Below, piece by piece: positions 29,358 through 35,821 of a stretch of 55,035 nucleotides of DNA. The DNA is from Actinomycetes bacterium. GTDB lineage: Bacteria > Actinomycetota > Thermoleophilia > RBG-16-64-13. How positions within the stretch are numbered: position 1 is the first letter of the stretch; every line of letters starts with the position of its first letter. The stretch lies in assembly GCA_021802965.1 (NCBI GenBank), contig JAJZQZ010000001.1:1-55035 (forward strand). The letters run 5' to 3'. The notes under the pieces were generated by a model that was not told where the DNA came from, searched no databases, and worked only from the letters and a program-made list of their open reading frames with translations. A program made the position numbers and the translations under genes.

Positions 29358-30029
29358 TCAACGAGCCACCCACAGAAGCGACTCCACAGGCAGTCCGCGC
29401 GTGGTGCCGTCGGCCGGGTCGGCGGCCAGGAGCCTGCACGAGACAGTGTCGATCCAGCGGAGATCTTCCGTAGAGACAGTCGTCTCCGCTCCGGTCACGC
29501 TTTCGGTGGTCAGCCAGGCCTGACCAGGAACGCGCCGGCCGACAGAGAACACGCTCGAGTCCGACACGTTCTCGAGCATGGTCTTGTGATCTACATAATG
29601 GGAGTGATCGGTAGGAGAGGCGAGAGCGCTTGTCTGCCACGGACCTCTCCGGCGCATGACGTTCCCGCCCGCGATCTCCCACTCCACCAATTGGGCCGAG
29701 CCGTCGGCAGGCGAACGGGTGACGACGACCAGCTGATGCGAGGCGGCAAAGATTAGGGGGCCTCCGAGGGCCACGGTGTCGCCTGAGCCAACGTCCAGAC
29801 CCACTCCTGCGAGCCGCAGATCTCGCTCCAATCGAGCCGCGGCGACTCGCGCCTGGGCACTCCAAATCACCCGGTCGGCCGCGCTCACTCCCACCCTCTG
29901 GACTGAGATCCAGAGGGGAGCGCAGGCCAACGCAAGGACCAGAGCCAACGCGAGGGCCACTAACAGCTCGATGAGGGTGAAACCCGCGCCCGCCGACCAC
30001 GCCGAGGCCCTAGAAGAAGAGATCGACAC
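29358..30029 (-). CDS. PilW-like minor pilin with prepilin N-terminal methylation motif (module A)
   Basis: GTG 30029, preceded by GGGAGG, within ORF 29358..30113. Class III signal AGAG/FTLIELLVALALALVL. It overlaps the upstream gene by 20 nt. Confidence 0.7.
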   Translation of the reverse strand: MSISSSRASAWSAGAGFTLIELLVALALALVLALACAPLWISVQRVGVSAADRVIWSAQARVAAARLERDLRLAGVGLDVGSGDTVALGGPLIFAASHQLVVVTRSPADGSAQLVEWEIAGGNVMRRRGPWQTSALASPTDHSHYVDHKTMLENVSDSSVFSVGRRVPGQAWLTTESVTGAETTVSTEDLRWIDTVSCRLLAADPADGTTRGLPVESLLWVAR

Positions 30030-30729
30030 GCCTGCCTCCCGCCGGGATCCAGGACTGCATGGCTCTCTCCCACGACACCGACGCCGATCCGGCGCCGGTC
30101 GACAGTTGCACAAGAAGGGGACTCGCCTGTGTCACCTTCTGGACCGCCGCACCCGATGACAGGATCTGGACCTCGACGACCCCAGCCTCAGGCACGTGGA
30201 CGGCGGCCCACGATCCGAGCGCCGGATCGCCCTCAGATGAGGTCGCATCGACCGCCGACGGCCGCGGCGTCACCGGGTCGTCCGACGGAACGAGGGTGCG
30301 CGCCGGCGGTCCCCAGGGACCGGACGCCTCACGCATGCGCACGACGACTTCTTGGCCCGCCCGGGAAGACCAGATGATCGGCGAACCGAGGGTGGTCTCG
30401 TCGGTCCAGTCCGGGCTCATGCAGACCAGCAGCCACCCGTCGCTCCACACACCCACGATCCCGTCGATGAGGGCGGCTCCGTCGCGAGTGTCCCCGGTGA
30501 GACCGCTCCCCCAGCTCCAGCGAAGATCCCGCACCGTCGGCCCCCAGGTCCATCCTTGTTGGACCTCGGGTGGCAAACCCGGACCCGACGCGCCCATCGC
30601 GGTCTCCCAGCCGGCTATTCTTGTCTGCAGCGAGAGCAGCACGTGCACGATCGGGCCGACAGCGAACATGAGCAGGCCCATAGCCATCACCACTTCCACC
30701 AGGGTGAACCCCTCTCGACAGCGTCTCAT
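30010..30729 (-). CDS. PilV-like minor pilin (module A)
   Basis: ATG 30729, within ORF 30010..31053. Short leader MRRCREG/FTLVEVVMAMGLL. Trp-rich globular part. Confidence 0.68.
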   Translation of the reverse strand: MRRCREGFTLVEVVMAMGLLMFAVGPIVHVLLSLQTRIAGWETAMGASGPGLPPEVQQGWTWGPTVRDLRWSWGSGLTGDTRDGAALIDGIVGVWSDGWLLVCMSPDWTDETTLGSPIIWSSRAGQEVVVRMREASGPWGPPARTLVPSDDPVTPRPSAVDATSSEGDPALGSWAAVHVPEAGVVEVQILSSGAAVQKVTQASPLLVQLSTGAGSASVSWERAMQSWIPAGGRRVDLFF

Positions 30730-30737
30730 GGTGTGGC

Positions 30738-31229
30738 TCACCACGTCTCTCTTCGGGTGAGCCCGCTCTCGGCCCGCACGACCACCCGCGACCCGGATCC
30801 CGGAGCACCGAGATAGAGGGAGCGCGCGGCGTCCGGAGAACCGAACGGAGCCACGAAGCCGATCGTGACGCCCGACGGCGATCGCCAGCGCCGGACGTTG
30901 GTGGCGCAGGCTTCGTCCCGGGACCCCGCGGTGAGTTCGCCGACCCGTCCCGTCGCCCCGCTCAGGCGGAGCTCCGATCCCCGACTCACCAGCACGAGGC
31001 GCTCGCCGCGACGAGCCGAGGCGATTTCCGCCCACGCGATGGCCAGCTGCCATCGCTGGGCCGAGTTGCGAGCGTCGTGTCTTGCCAAGACGTCCCCCAG
31101 CGTCGTGGCGGGAAGAACGGCCACCAGCGCCACTATGGCGAGAACCACCAGGAGCTCGATCAGGCTGTGACCGGCGCGGGCGTCAGTCTTGAGTGAGATG
31201 GTGAACCGGATGTGTAAGGCCTCGAACAT
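30738..31229 (-). CDS. FimT/GspH-like minor pilin (module A)
   Basis: ORF of 163 aa. Leader ...TDARAG/HSLIELLVVLAIVALV, followed by a GspH-like helix and a short beta domain. Confidence 0.68.
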   Translation of the reverse strand: MFEALHIRFTISLKTDARAGHSLIELLVVLAIVALVAVLPATTLGDVLARHDARNSAQRWQLAIAWAEIASARRGERLVLVSRGSELRLSGATGRVGELTAGSRDEACATNVRRWRSPSGVTIGFVAPFGSPDAARSLYLGAPGSGSRVVVRAESGLTRRETW

Positions 31230-31321
31230 GCCGCGAGGCTATCGCGCGGCGGCCTCCCGGGTCGATGCGACCTTAGACCTACGATGCCGGCGTGACCACC
31301 CGCCCGGCGAGGATCGCTCAG

Positions 31322-31843
31322 CTACCAGCCGACGCTGCCCGCACCGTCTATGACCTTGACCTTGATGTACGAGACGCCGGTCCCATCCACGAGCGTGTCG
31401 ACCTGGATACCGTACCGGTTGCCGCTTTCACTGACGGAGCCCACATCGAAGGTGGTGGCGGTTTCCCCGTAGAAGTCGACTGCATCGTCCCTTGCAGAGC
31501 TTGTGACCGCATTGGTCACGAGGGGTCCGACAGGGTCGACAAGGTTATCGGGTGCGACGGTCCACTGTATGGCGGGCTCGATGGCAGTCAGATCATCCGC
31601 GCTGATCAAGCGGTAGTCGTGTCGCTCCATGTTGGCGCTTTCGACTACGGTGAGCGCGTTGCGAACAAGGGTCACAGCGGCCGCGTCTTGAGCCTTCATA
31701 CGCGTCCCCAGATACGTCGGGATCGCGATCGCTGCAAGGATGGCGATGATGATGATGACCACCAACAGTTCGATGAGAGTAAAACCCGCGTCACGACGTG
31801 CCTCGCACGCTTTGCCATGGAAGAGACGCACCATCATGTTCAT
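31322..31843 (-). CDS. type IV major-pilin-like protein, paralogue 1
   Basis: ATG 31843, preceded by AAGGGAGA, within ORF 31322..32197. Leader MNMMVRLFHGKACEARRDAG/FTLIELLVVIIIIAILAAIAIPTYLG with Glu at +5. The mature part is 153 aa with no Cys. Confidence 0.9.
   Translation of the reverse strand: MNMMVRLFHGKACEARRDAGFTLIELLVVIIIIAILAAIAIPTYLGTRMKAQDAAAVTLVRNALTVVESANMERHDYRLISADDLTAIEPAIQWTVAPDNLVDPVGPLVTNAVTSSARDDAVDFYGETATTFDVGSVSESGNRYGIQVDTLVDGTGVSYIKVKVIDGAGSVGW
31716..31786. repeat. about 71-nt near-identical segment shared with 34289..34359
   Basis: I count about 8 mismatches in 71 nt by eye. The segment encodes the pilin N-terminal helix of both paralogues. Confidence 0.85.
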
Positions 31844-33225
31844 CTCCCTTCGCGTGGCCGGGCCAACATCCCGAGAAGCAAGAAGAAGATAGTGTGGACG
31901 CCCGGGACAGTGATGGAAACAAGTGAGGCGGCAAGATAGCCGGCAAGCCCGCACATCACTGCCGCGCTCTCGGGACCGAGCGCACGGCGCAACGATTGGC
32001 GCGCCGGCTCCCGGCCGACTACGCAAAGCAGGAGGAAGCAGAGAAGGGCGCCGGGTATGCCGAGGGTGACCGCCAGGTTGAGCGGCTCTGAATGAGCCTT
32101 GTCCGCGACCACAGCCGGCCCTTCTCCTTCGTCGAACTGCGGCGTACGGTAGGACTCGAACACGGCCCCCATTTGATCGGGCCCCGTTCCGAACCACGGA
32201 CGGTCCCTGATGATTGCCAACGCGATCGCCCAGGTGGCAAGCCTACCGGCGTTGCGGGCATCACTGATCGAGACGGCGCTCGCGGCGTCTTTCGCCAACG
32301 AATGCGGCTCGACCACGACACGATCGCCACGGGGCACAAGAGAAACCGCAATGGCGAGCAGGGCGGCGACTGCAATCACTCCGATCAGGCGCCGGTAGCG
32401 AGATGACCGCGTCCACAGTAGAAGACCGACAAGAAGCAAGAGACCTCCGAGCGAACCGATCCAAGCCGCCCGGCTGAACGTGAAGTAGGTCGCAGCCAAG
32501 GTCACTCCGACTCCCGCGGTCCACAGCAACGCGGCGGCCCGACCGTCAGAACGGACGGCTCGGATCACCAAGATCGGCATCATCAATGTCAGATAGCCAC
32601 CAAGTACGACAGGATTGTGGAATGTCCCGCTGCTCCGAGCGTACGTCAGGCTCGTCGAGAGGCCGCTGAAGTCCAGACCGAAGTGTTGGAGGACCGCGTA
32701 TGCGCTGACGCCCACACATGTCAGGGCGGCGGCGTCTCCCACCGTGCGCCAGGACCGCTCGTCGGACATCGTCATGGCCGTGGCCATCACAACCAAGCCG
32801 GCGAACCATACGAGCAGGCCATCGTGCCGCAAAGCGCTACCCCAGACGGCACCCGAAGGATCGACCGACACCAGCGTCGATAGGGTCAGCCATCCTGTGA
32901 GGCCGAGGCCTACGACGAGGATCGGGCTCAGACGCGTGAGCGTGATCGTCCTCGTCAGGAGCGCGCATGCCCACCAAGCCGCCATGAGCGCGCCCAGCAG
33001 GAGAACCGCCTGCGCTTTGACGCCGTAGAAGCCGTCGAAACCGTCGGACGGATTGAAAGCGATGATGGGAATGGTGACAACGCCGGCCAATAGGCCTAAC
33101 CGCGCGGCGCCGAGGGCGCGACGTATCGCCACACACCTAGTCGAAGCCTGCTCGCTAGGGCTGCCGAGCGCGCAGCCGATGCTGCCTAGACTGGTCGAAA
33201 GCCGTACGTCGCGAGTACCTGCCAT
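31840..33225 (-). CDS. O-antigen ligase (Wzy_C) family polytopic membrane protein
   Basis: ORF of 461 aa with many TM segments. Wzy_C-like blocks YFTFSRAAWIGSLGG, RPWFGTGPDQ and KAHSEPLNLAVTLGIPG. Its stop overlaps the pilin-1 start by 4 nt. Confidence 0.8.
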   Translation of the reverse strand: MAGTRDVRLSTSLGSIGCALGSPSEQASTRCVAIRRALGAARLGLLAGVVTIPIIAFNPSDGFDGFYGVKAQAVLLLGALMAAWWACALLTRTITLTRLSPILVVGLGLTGWLTLSTLVSVDPSGAVWGSALRHDGLLVWFAGLVVMATAMTMSDERSWRTVGDAAALTCVGVSAYAVLQHFGLDFSGLSTSLTYARSSGTFHNPVVLGGYLTLMMPILVIRAVRSDGRAAALLWTAGVGVTLAATYFTFSRAAWIGSLGGLLLLVGLLLWTRSSRYRRLIGVIAVAALLAIAVSLVPRGDRVVVEPHSLAKDAASAVSISDARNAGRLATWAIALAIIRDRPWFGTGPDQMGAVFESYRTPQFDEGEGPAVVADKAHSEPLNLAVTLGIPGALLCFLLLCVVGREPARQSLRRALGPESAAVMCGLAGYLAASLVSITVPGVHTIFFLLLGMLARPREGR

Positions 33226-33228
33226 CGT

Positions 33229-33789
33229 CTATCCCGCCCCACCCGGCTGCCCACCTTCGAGCTTCCGCAGGATCGTCGATGCGTACCGATATCCCGGGTC
33301 CACCTTCATGACGTCAAGCAAGATGCTTCTCGCCTCAGCTGTGTTGCCGGAAGCGATCAAGCTCTGTGCCAAGAACGTCCGGTGCTTGGGGCTCGGGTCG
33401 AGAGCGACTGCCTCCTGGAAGACGCGCACCGCTGCGTCCGGTCTTGCCTGGTGGTTCAGGTAGTTGAAGGCGAGCTCGACCCGCGTCTGGACGTCGCGCG
33501 GGTCTGCTGCGATCGTCCTCTCCTGATACGGGAGGGCCTCATCGAATCTACGAAGGAGCACCAGGTTCACAGCCAGTCCCTTCAATGAAGCAAGATCGTC
33601 GGGATGGTCGGCCAGCACATCCAGGTAGAGCTCGTTCGCCTCTGCGAGCGCGCCTCGGTCCTCCAGCGCCCGCGCTCGTCCGAGCCTGGCGTCCCCGCAT
33701 GCGCTCAGCGCGATGCCGAGGCACACCATCAAGATCACCAGCTTGCCGGAGCGCCTTGCGTGTGAGAACGGGTTCATCTTTCGCCTCAT
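33229..33789 (-). CDS. TPR-repeat lipoprotein
   Basis: ORF of 186 aa (alternative start ATG 33777). Lipobox LSAC, followed by about 4 TPR-like repeats. Confidence 0.72.
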   Translation of the reverse strand: MRRKMNPFSHARRSGKLVILMVCLGIALSACGDARLGRARALEDRGALAEANELYLDVLADHPDDLASLKGLAVNLVLLRRFDEALPYQERTIAADPRDVQTRVELAFNYLNHQARPDAAVRVFQEAVALDPSPKHRTFLAQSLIASGNTAEARSILLDVMKVDPGYRYASTILRKLEGGQPGGAG

Positions 33790-33806
33790 GCCTCCTGAGA
33801 AGCGGA

Positions 33807-33835
33807 GGGGCAGGGCTCTCAGTAAGCCCTGCCCC
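33807..33835 (-). terminator. strong hairpin immediately downstream of pilin 2 (attenuator/partial terminator)
   Basis: Perfect 11-bp stem GGGGCAGGGCT / AGCCCTGCCCC with a 7-nt loop. On the minus strand it is followed by UCCGCUUCUC, which is only moderately U-rich. Confidence 0.5.
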
Positions 33836-33915
33836 TTCCAAGAACCCAGAGTGGGCCACTCAGGTGATCAGCTCAGATCGTCCTAAGCGCTCTCTCCGGT
33901 GCGATTTTTGACCGA

Positions 33916-34398
33916 CTACCAGGTTTGCGGGTTGGCGCCGATGTAGAACGTGTTGCCCGGAGCGAACGTAGTGGCGTCAGCGCTCTTATTGACATGCACC
34001 CCGAACGTGCGACCGGATTGAGAAACGGTGCCCACTTCGTAGTTGGCGCCATCCATGCCCGAGAAGTCGACCGCATTACCAGAGGCCTGCGCGGTCGGAC
34101 CGGCGGCAACGCCGCCACCCGCTCCGGCATAGACGAAGACGATCGACGGCTCGATGTCCTCCAGCATGGGCGACACGATGAGATCGAATGCGCGCGTGTC
34201 GGTGAACGCCGACTCGACGGCGGTCATGCCGTTGCGCACTAGGGACTTGGCCGCCGCGTCCTGGGCCTTCTGCCGCTGCCCGAGGAACGTCGGGATTGCG
34301 ATGGCGGCGAGGATGGCGATGATGATGATCACCACCAACAGTTCGATGAGGGTGAAACCGCCCTCGCCCTTCATCCTCTTCGAGAGTTTGCTCAACAT
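33916..34398 (-). CDS. type IV major-pilin-like protein, paralogue 2
   Basis: ATG 34398, preceded by AGGAGG, within ORF 33916..34476. Leader MLSKLSKRMKGEGG/FTLIELLVVIIIIAILAAIAIPTFLG. Shares the C-terminal block AVDF.G......VG.VS.SG...G..V with paralogue 1. No Cys. Confidence 0.9.
   Translation of the reverse strand: MLSKLSKRMKGEGGFTLIELLVVIIIIAILAAIAIPTFLGQRQKAQDAAAKSLVRNGMTAVESAFTDTRAFDLIVSPMLEDIEPSIVFVYAGAGGGVAAGPTAQASGNAVDFSGMDGANYEVGTVSQSGRTFGVHVNKSADATTFAPGNTFYIGANPQTW
34289..34359. repeat. partner of the 31716..31786 repeat
   Basis: See 31716..31786. Confidence 0.85.
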
Positions 34399-34440
34399 GG
34401 TGCCGACCTCCTGTGTTCGAGACTGTACGCACGGCACCCG

Positions 34441-34562
34441 CAAACAAAAAGGCCTGCGGTGTGCCCGGCAAACCACAGACCTGAGTCTGGTGGCAGTCCA
34501 GCCGACCCCGTGGGCCCTGTGACTTTGCGTCCCACCCTTGCGAGTGGTTTGCCCTTTGCACC
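34441..34562 (-). promoter_or_regulatory. c-di-GMP-I (GEMM-I) riboswitch: aptamer about 34489-34562 plus intrinsic terminator 34441-34481
   Basis: The minus-strand RNA reads GGUGCAAAGGGCAAACCACUCGCAAGGGUGGGACGCAAAGUCACAGGGCCCACGGGGUCGGCUGGACUGCCACC. It carries the GEMM-I hallmarks: GGGCAAACC, a GNRA-capped hairpin, GGGACGCAAAG and a second hairpin, closed by GGUGCA/UGC(C)ACC. Downstream is GGUCUGUGG, a 13-nt loop, CCGCAGGCC and UUUUUGUUUG. Confidence 0.85.
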
Positions 34563-34571
34563 TTCGCCCTT

Positions 34572-34601
34572 AGTATGCCCCCCTAGTCAAATCCTAGACA
34601 A
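34572..34601 (-). promoter_or_regulatory. candidate promoter for the riboswitch-pilin transcript
   Basis: Minus strand: TTGTCT (34596-34601), an 18-nt spacer, then CATACT (34572-34577). This would start transcription a few nt before the aptamer. Confidence 0.3.
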
Positions 34602-34769
34602 CTTTCGCTCAACATTTCGCCCGGTGTCGAATCTGGGGCGCAACGCCGGGTCTTGGGGGACTACCGCGGACGCCAGGTCTATCGGCCACCGTAGCAGGGA
34701 GCTTTAGGGGTACGCCCTACGTCCTTGGGATGACGCCGGCGGAGGAGATAGGCCCGAGGACCGGCGGGC

Positions 34770-35108
34770 TCAGCGGCTGAGGTTCTCGAGCAACCGCGTG
34801 AGTACATAGAGGCGATCCTTGTGGTCGTGGATCGCCTTCGCGAAGGTGTCGAGACCCTGGCGAAAATCTTCGTCAGCGCACAGCTGCCATGCGCCGTCGC
34901 GGTCACGTTCGAGGGCGCCTTGTGAGGACAACCGGGCGGCCGCTTGACTCAGATCTTCCGGCCGCCGGCCGATGTCGCGGGCCAGGTCGACCACCGAAAC
35001 CGATTCCGAGGCGTGAGCCGCGAAATAGATGAGGACATCCCAGGCTTCGAACGTCGACACGTATGTGTCGACGAACTTCACCAGTATGTCCCTCTCGCGT
35101 TCACTCAT
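34770..35108 (-). CDS. small winged-helix-like hypothetical protein
   Basis: ORF of 112 aa, preceded by GGGAGG. The central stretch VSVVDLARDIGRRPEDLSQAAARLSSQGALER looks like an HTH plus wing. No family recognised. Confidence 0.5.
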   Translation of the reverse strand: MSERERDILVKFVDTYVSTFEAWDVLIYFAAHASESVSVVDLARDIGRRPEDLSQAAARLSSQGALERDRDGAWQLCADEDFRQGLDTFAKAIHDHKDRLYVLTRLLENLSR

Positions 35109-35268
35109 ACGCCGGGCAGCCTCCCACGGACCCTCACCCTACAGGCGGCTCTAGTGTAGTGGGTCTGCCATAATAAGTCGAGGACATCGCCGAGCAAGGG
35201 AAGAGACAGTAGATACCGCCGATCCAGCACCAGACGACAGGGGCCCCTCCCTACGCGTCTCGGCGTGC

Positions 35269-35706
35269 GTGGTGAAACGAGGCCGCGTACTCCTGGTCGA
35301 GCAGCAGAAGGGCGCGCGCCGCTACTGGCTCCTTCCAGGCGGAGGCGTCCAACGTGGCGAGTCCCTGGTCGAAGCGCTCGCCCGGGAGGTGAACGAGGAG
35401 TGTGGCCTTCACGTGGAGGTCCTCACGCCCCCACTGGCCGTCGTCGAGACTATCTCCCCAGACGCGGGAAGGTCACGTCACCTGGTTCACCTGGTCTTCG
35501 CCGCCCGAGCCACCGGACTCGATGAACCGTCCCCCGGCGACGCCACCGTGCGCGACGCCCGCTGGTTCGGGCCCGAGGAGCTGGGTGAATTGGTGATCCA
35601 CCCTCCACTGCACGACCTGCTCGCGCGGTGGCTCGAGTCTTCCCCCGACGAGATGACCCGACCGCTGCCTCCGCAGGCCTGGGGCGGGGTGCGCTGGGTG
35701 CACTAG
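35269..35706 (+). CDS. NUDIX hydrolase
   Basis: ORF of 145 aa, GTG start. Nudix box GGGVQRGESLVEALAREVNEECG. Confidence 0.85.
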   Translation: MVKRGRVLLVEQQKGARRYWLLPGGGVQRGESLVEALAREVNEECGLHVEVLTPPLAVVETISPDAGRSRHLVHLVFAARATGLDEPSPGDATVRDARWFGPEELGELVIHPPLHDLLARWLESSPDEMTRPLPPQAWGGVRWVH

Positions 35707-35714
35707 CCCTTTCT

Positions 35715-35740
35715 CCCCGACGACACTCGTATCGTCGGGG
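35715..35740 (+). terminator. hairpin after the NUDIX gene
   Basis: Perfect 9-bp stem CCCCGACGA / TCGTCGGGG with an 8-nt loop. The T-tract that follows is weak (GCGTTCTTTGG). Confidence 0.4.
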
Positions 35741-35821
35741 CCGACTCTGCGTTCTTTGGTAAAGGTCGGGCACGTCTGTGCCGATGACGGTGTGAGGACC
35801 CCGATGACGAGGAAGGATGCG

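Noticed and set aside
28372-30000. The full 542-aa ORF, which would make a much larger PilX-like protein.
   Set aside because: - Its first 226 codons overlap the PilW-like gene (29358..30029) in another frame and translate to Arg/Gly-rich junk.
- The hydrophobic PilX_N-like segment begins at the internal ATG 29322.
31230-31321. Terminator between pilin 1 and the FimT-like gene.
   Set aside because: Only short 5-bp GC stems (GCCGG/CCGGC, GAGGC/GCCTC) without a U-tract. This is too weak to call.
34545-34560. A plus-strand TGG-N9-TTGCA motif with correct sigma-54 -24/-12 spacing.
   Set aside because: - It is simply the reverse complement of the riboswitch core.
- It points away from any plus-strand gene and would read antisense into the wHTH gene.
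- Nothing else in the window suggests RpoN or an enhancer-binding protein.
35707-35821. A second c-di-GMP aptamer in front of the plus-strand minor-pilin module.
   Set aside because: No GGGCAAACC or GGGACGCAAAG blocks on either strand. There are only two simple hairpins.
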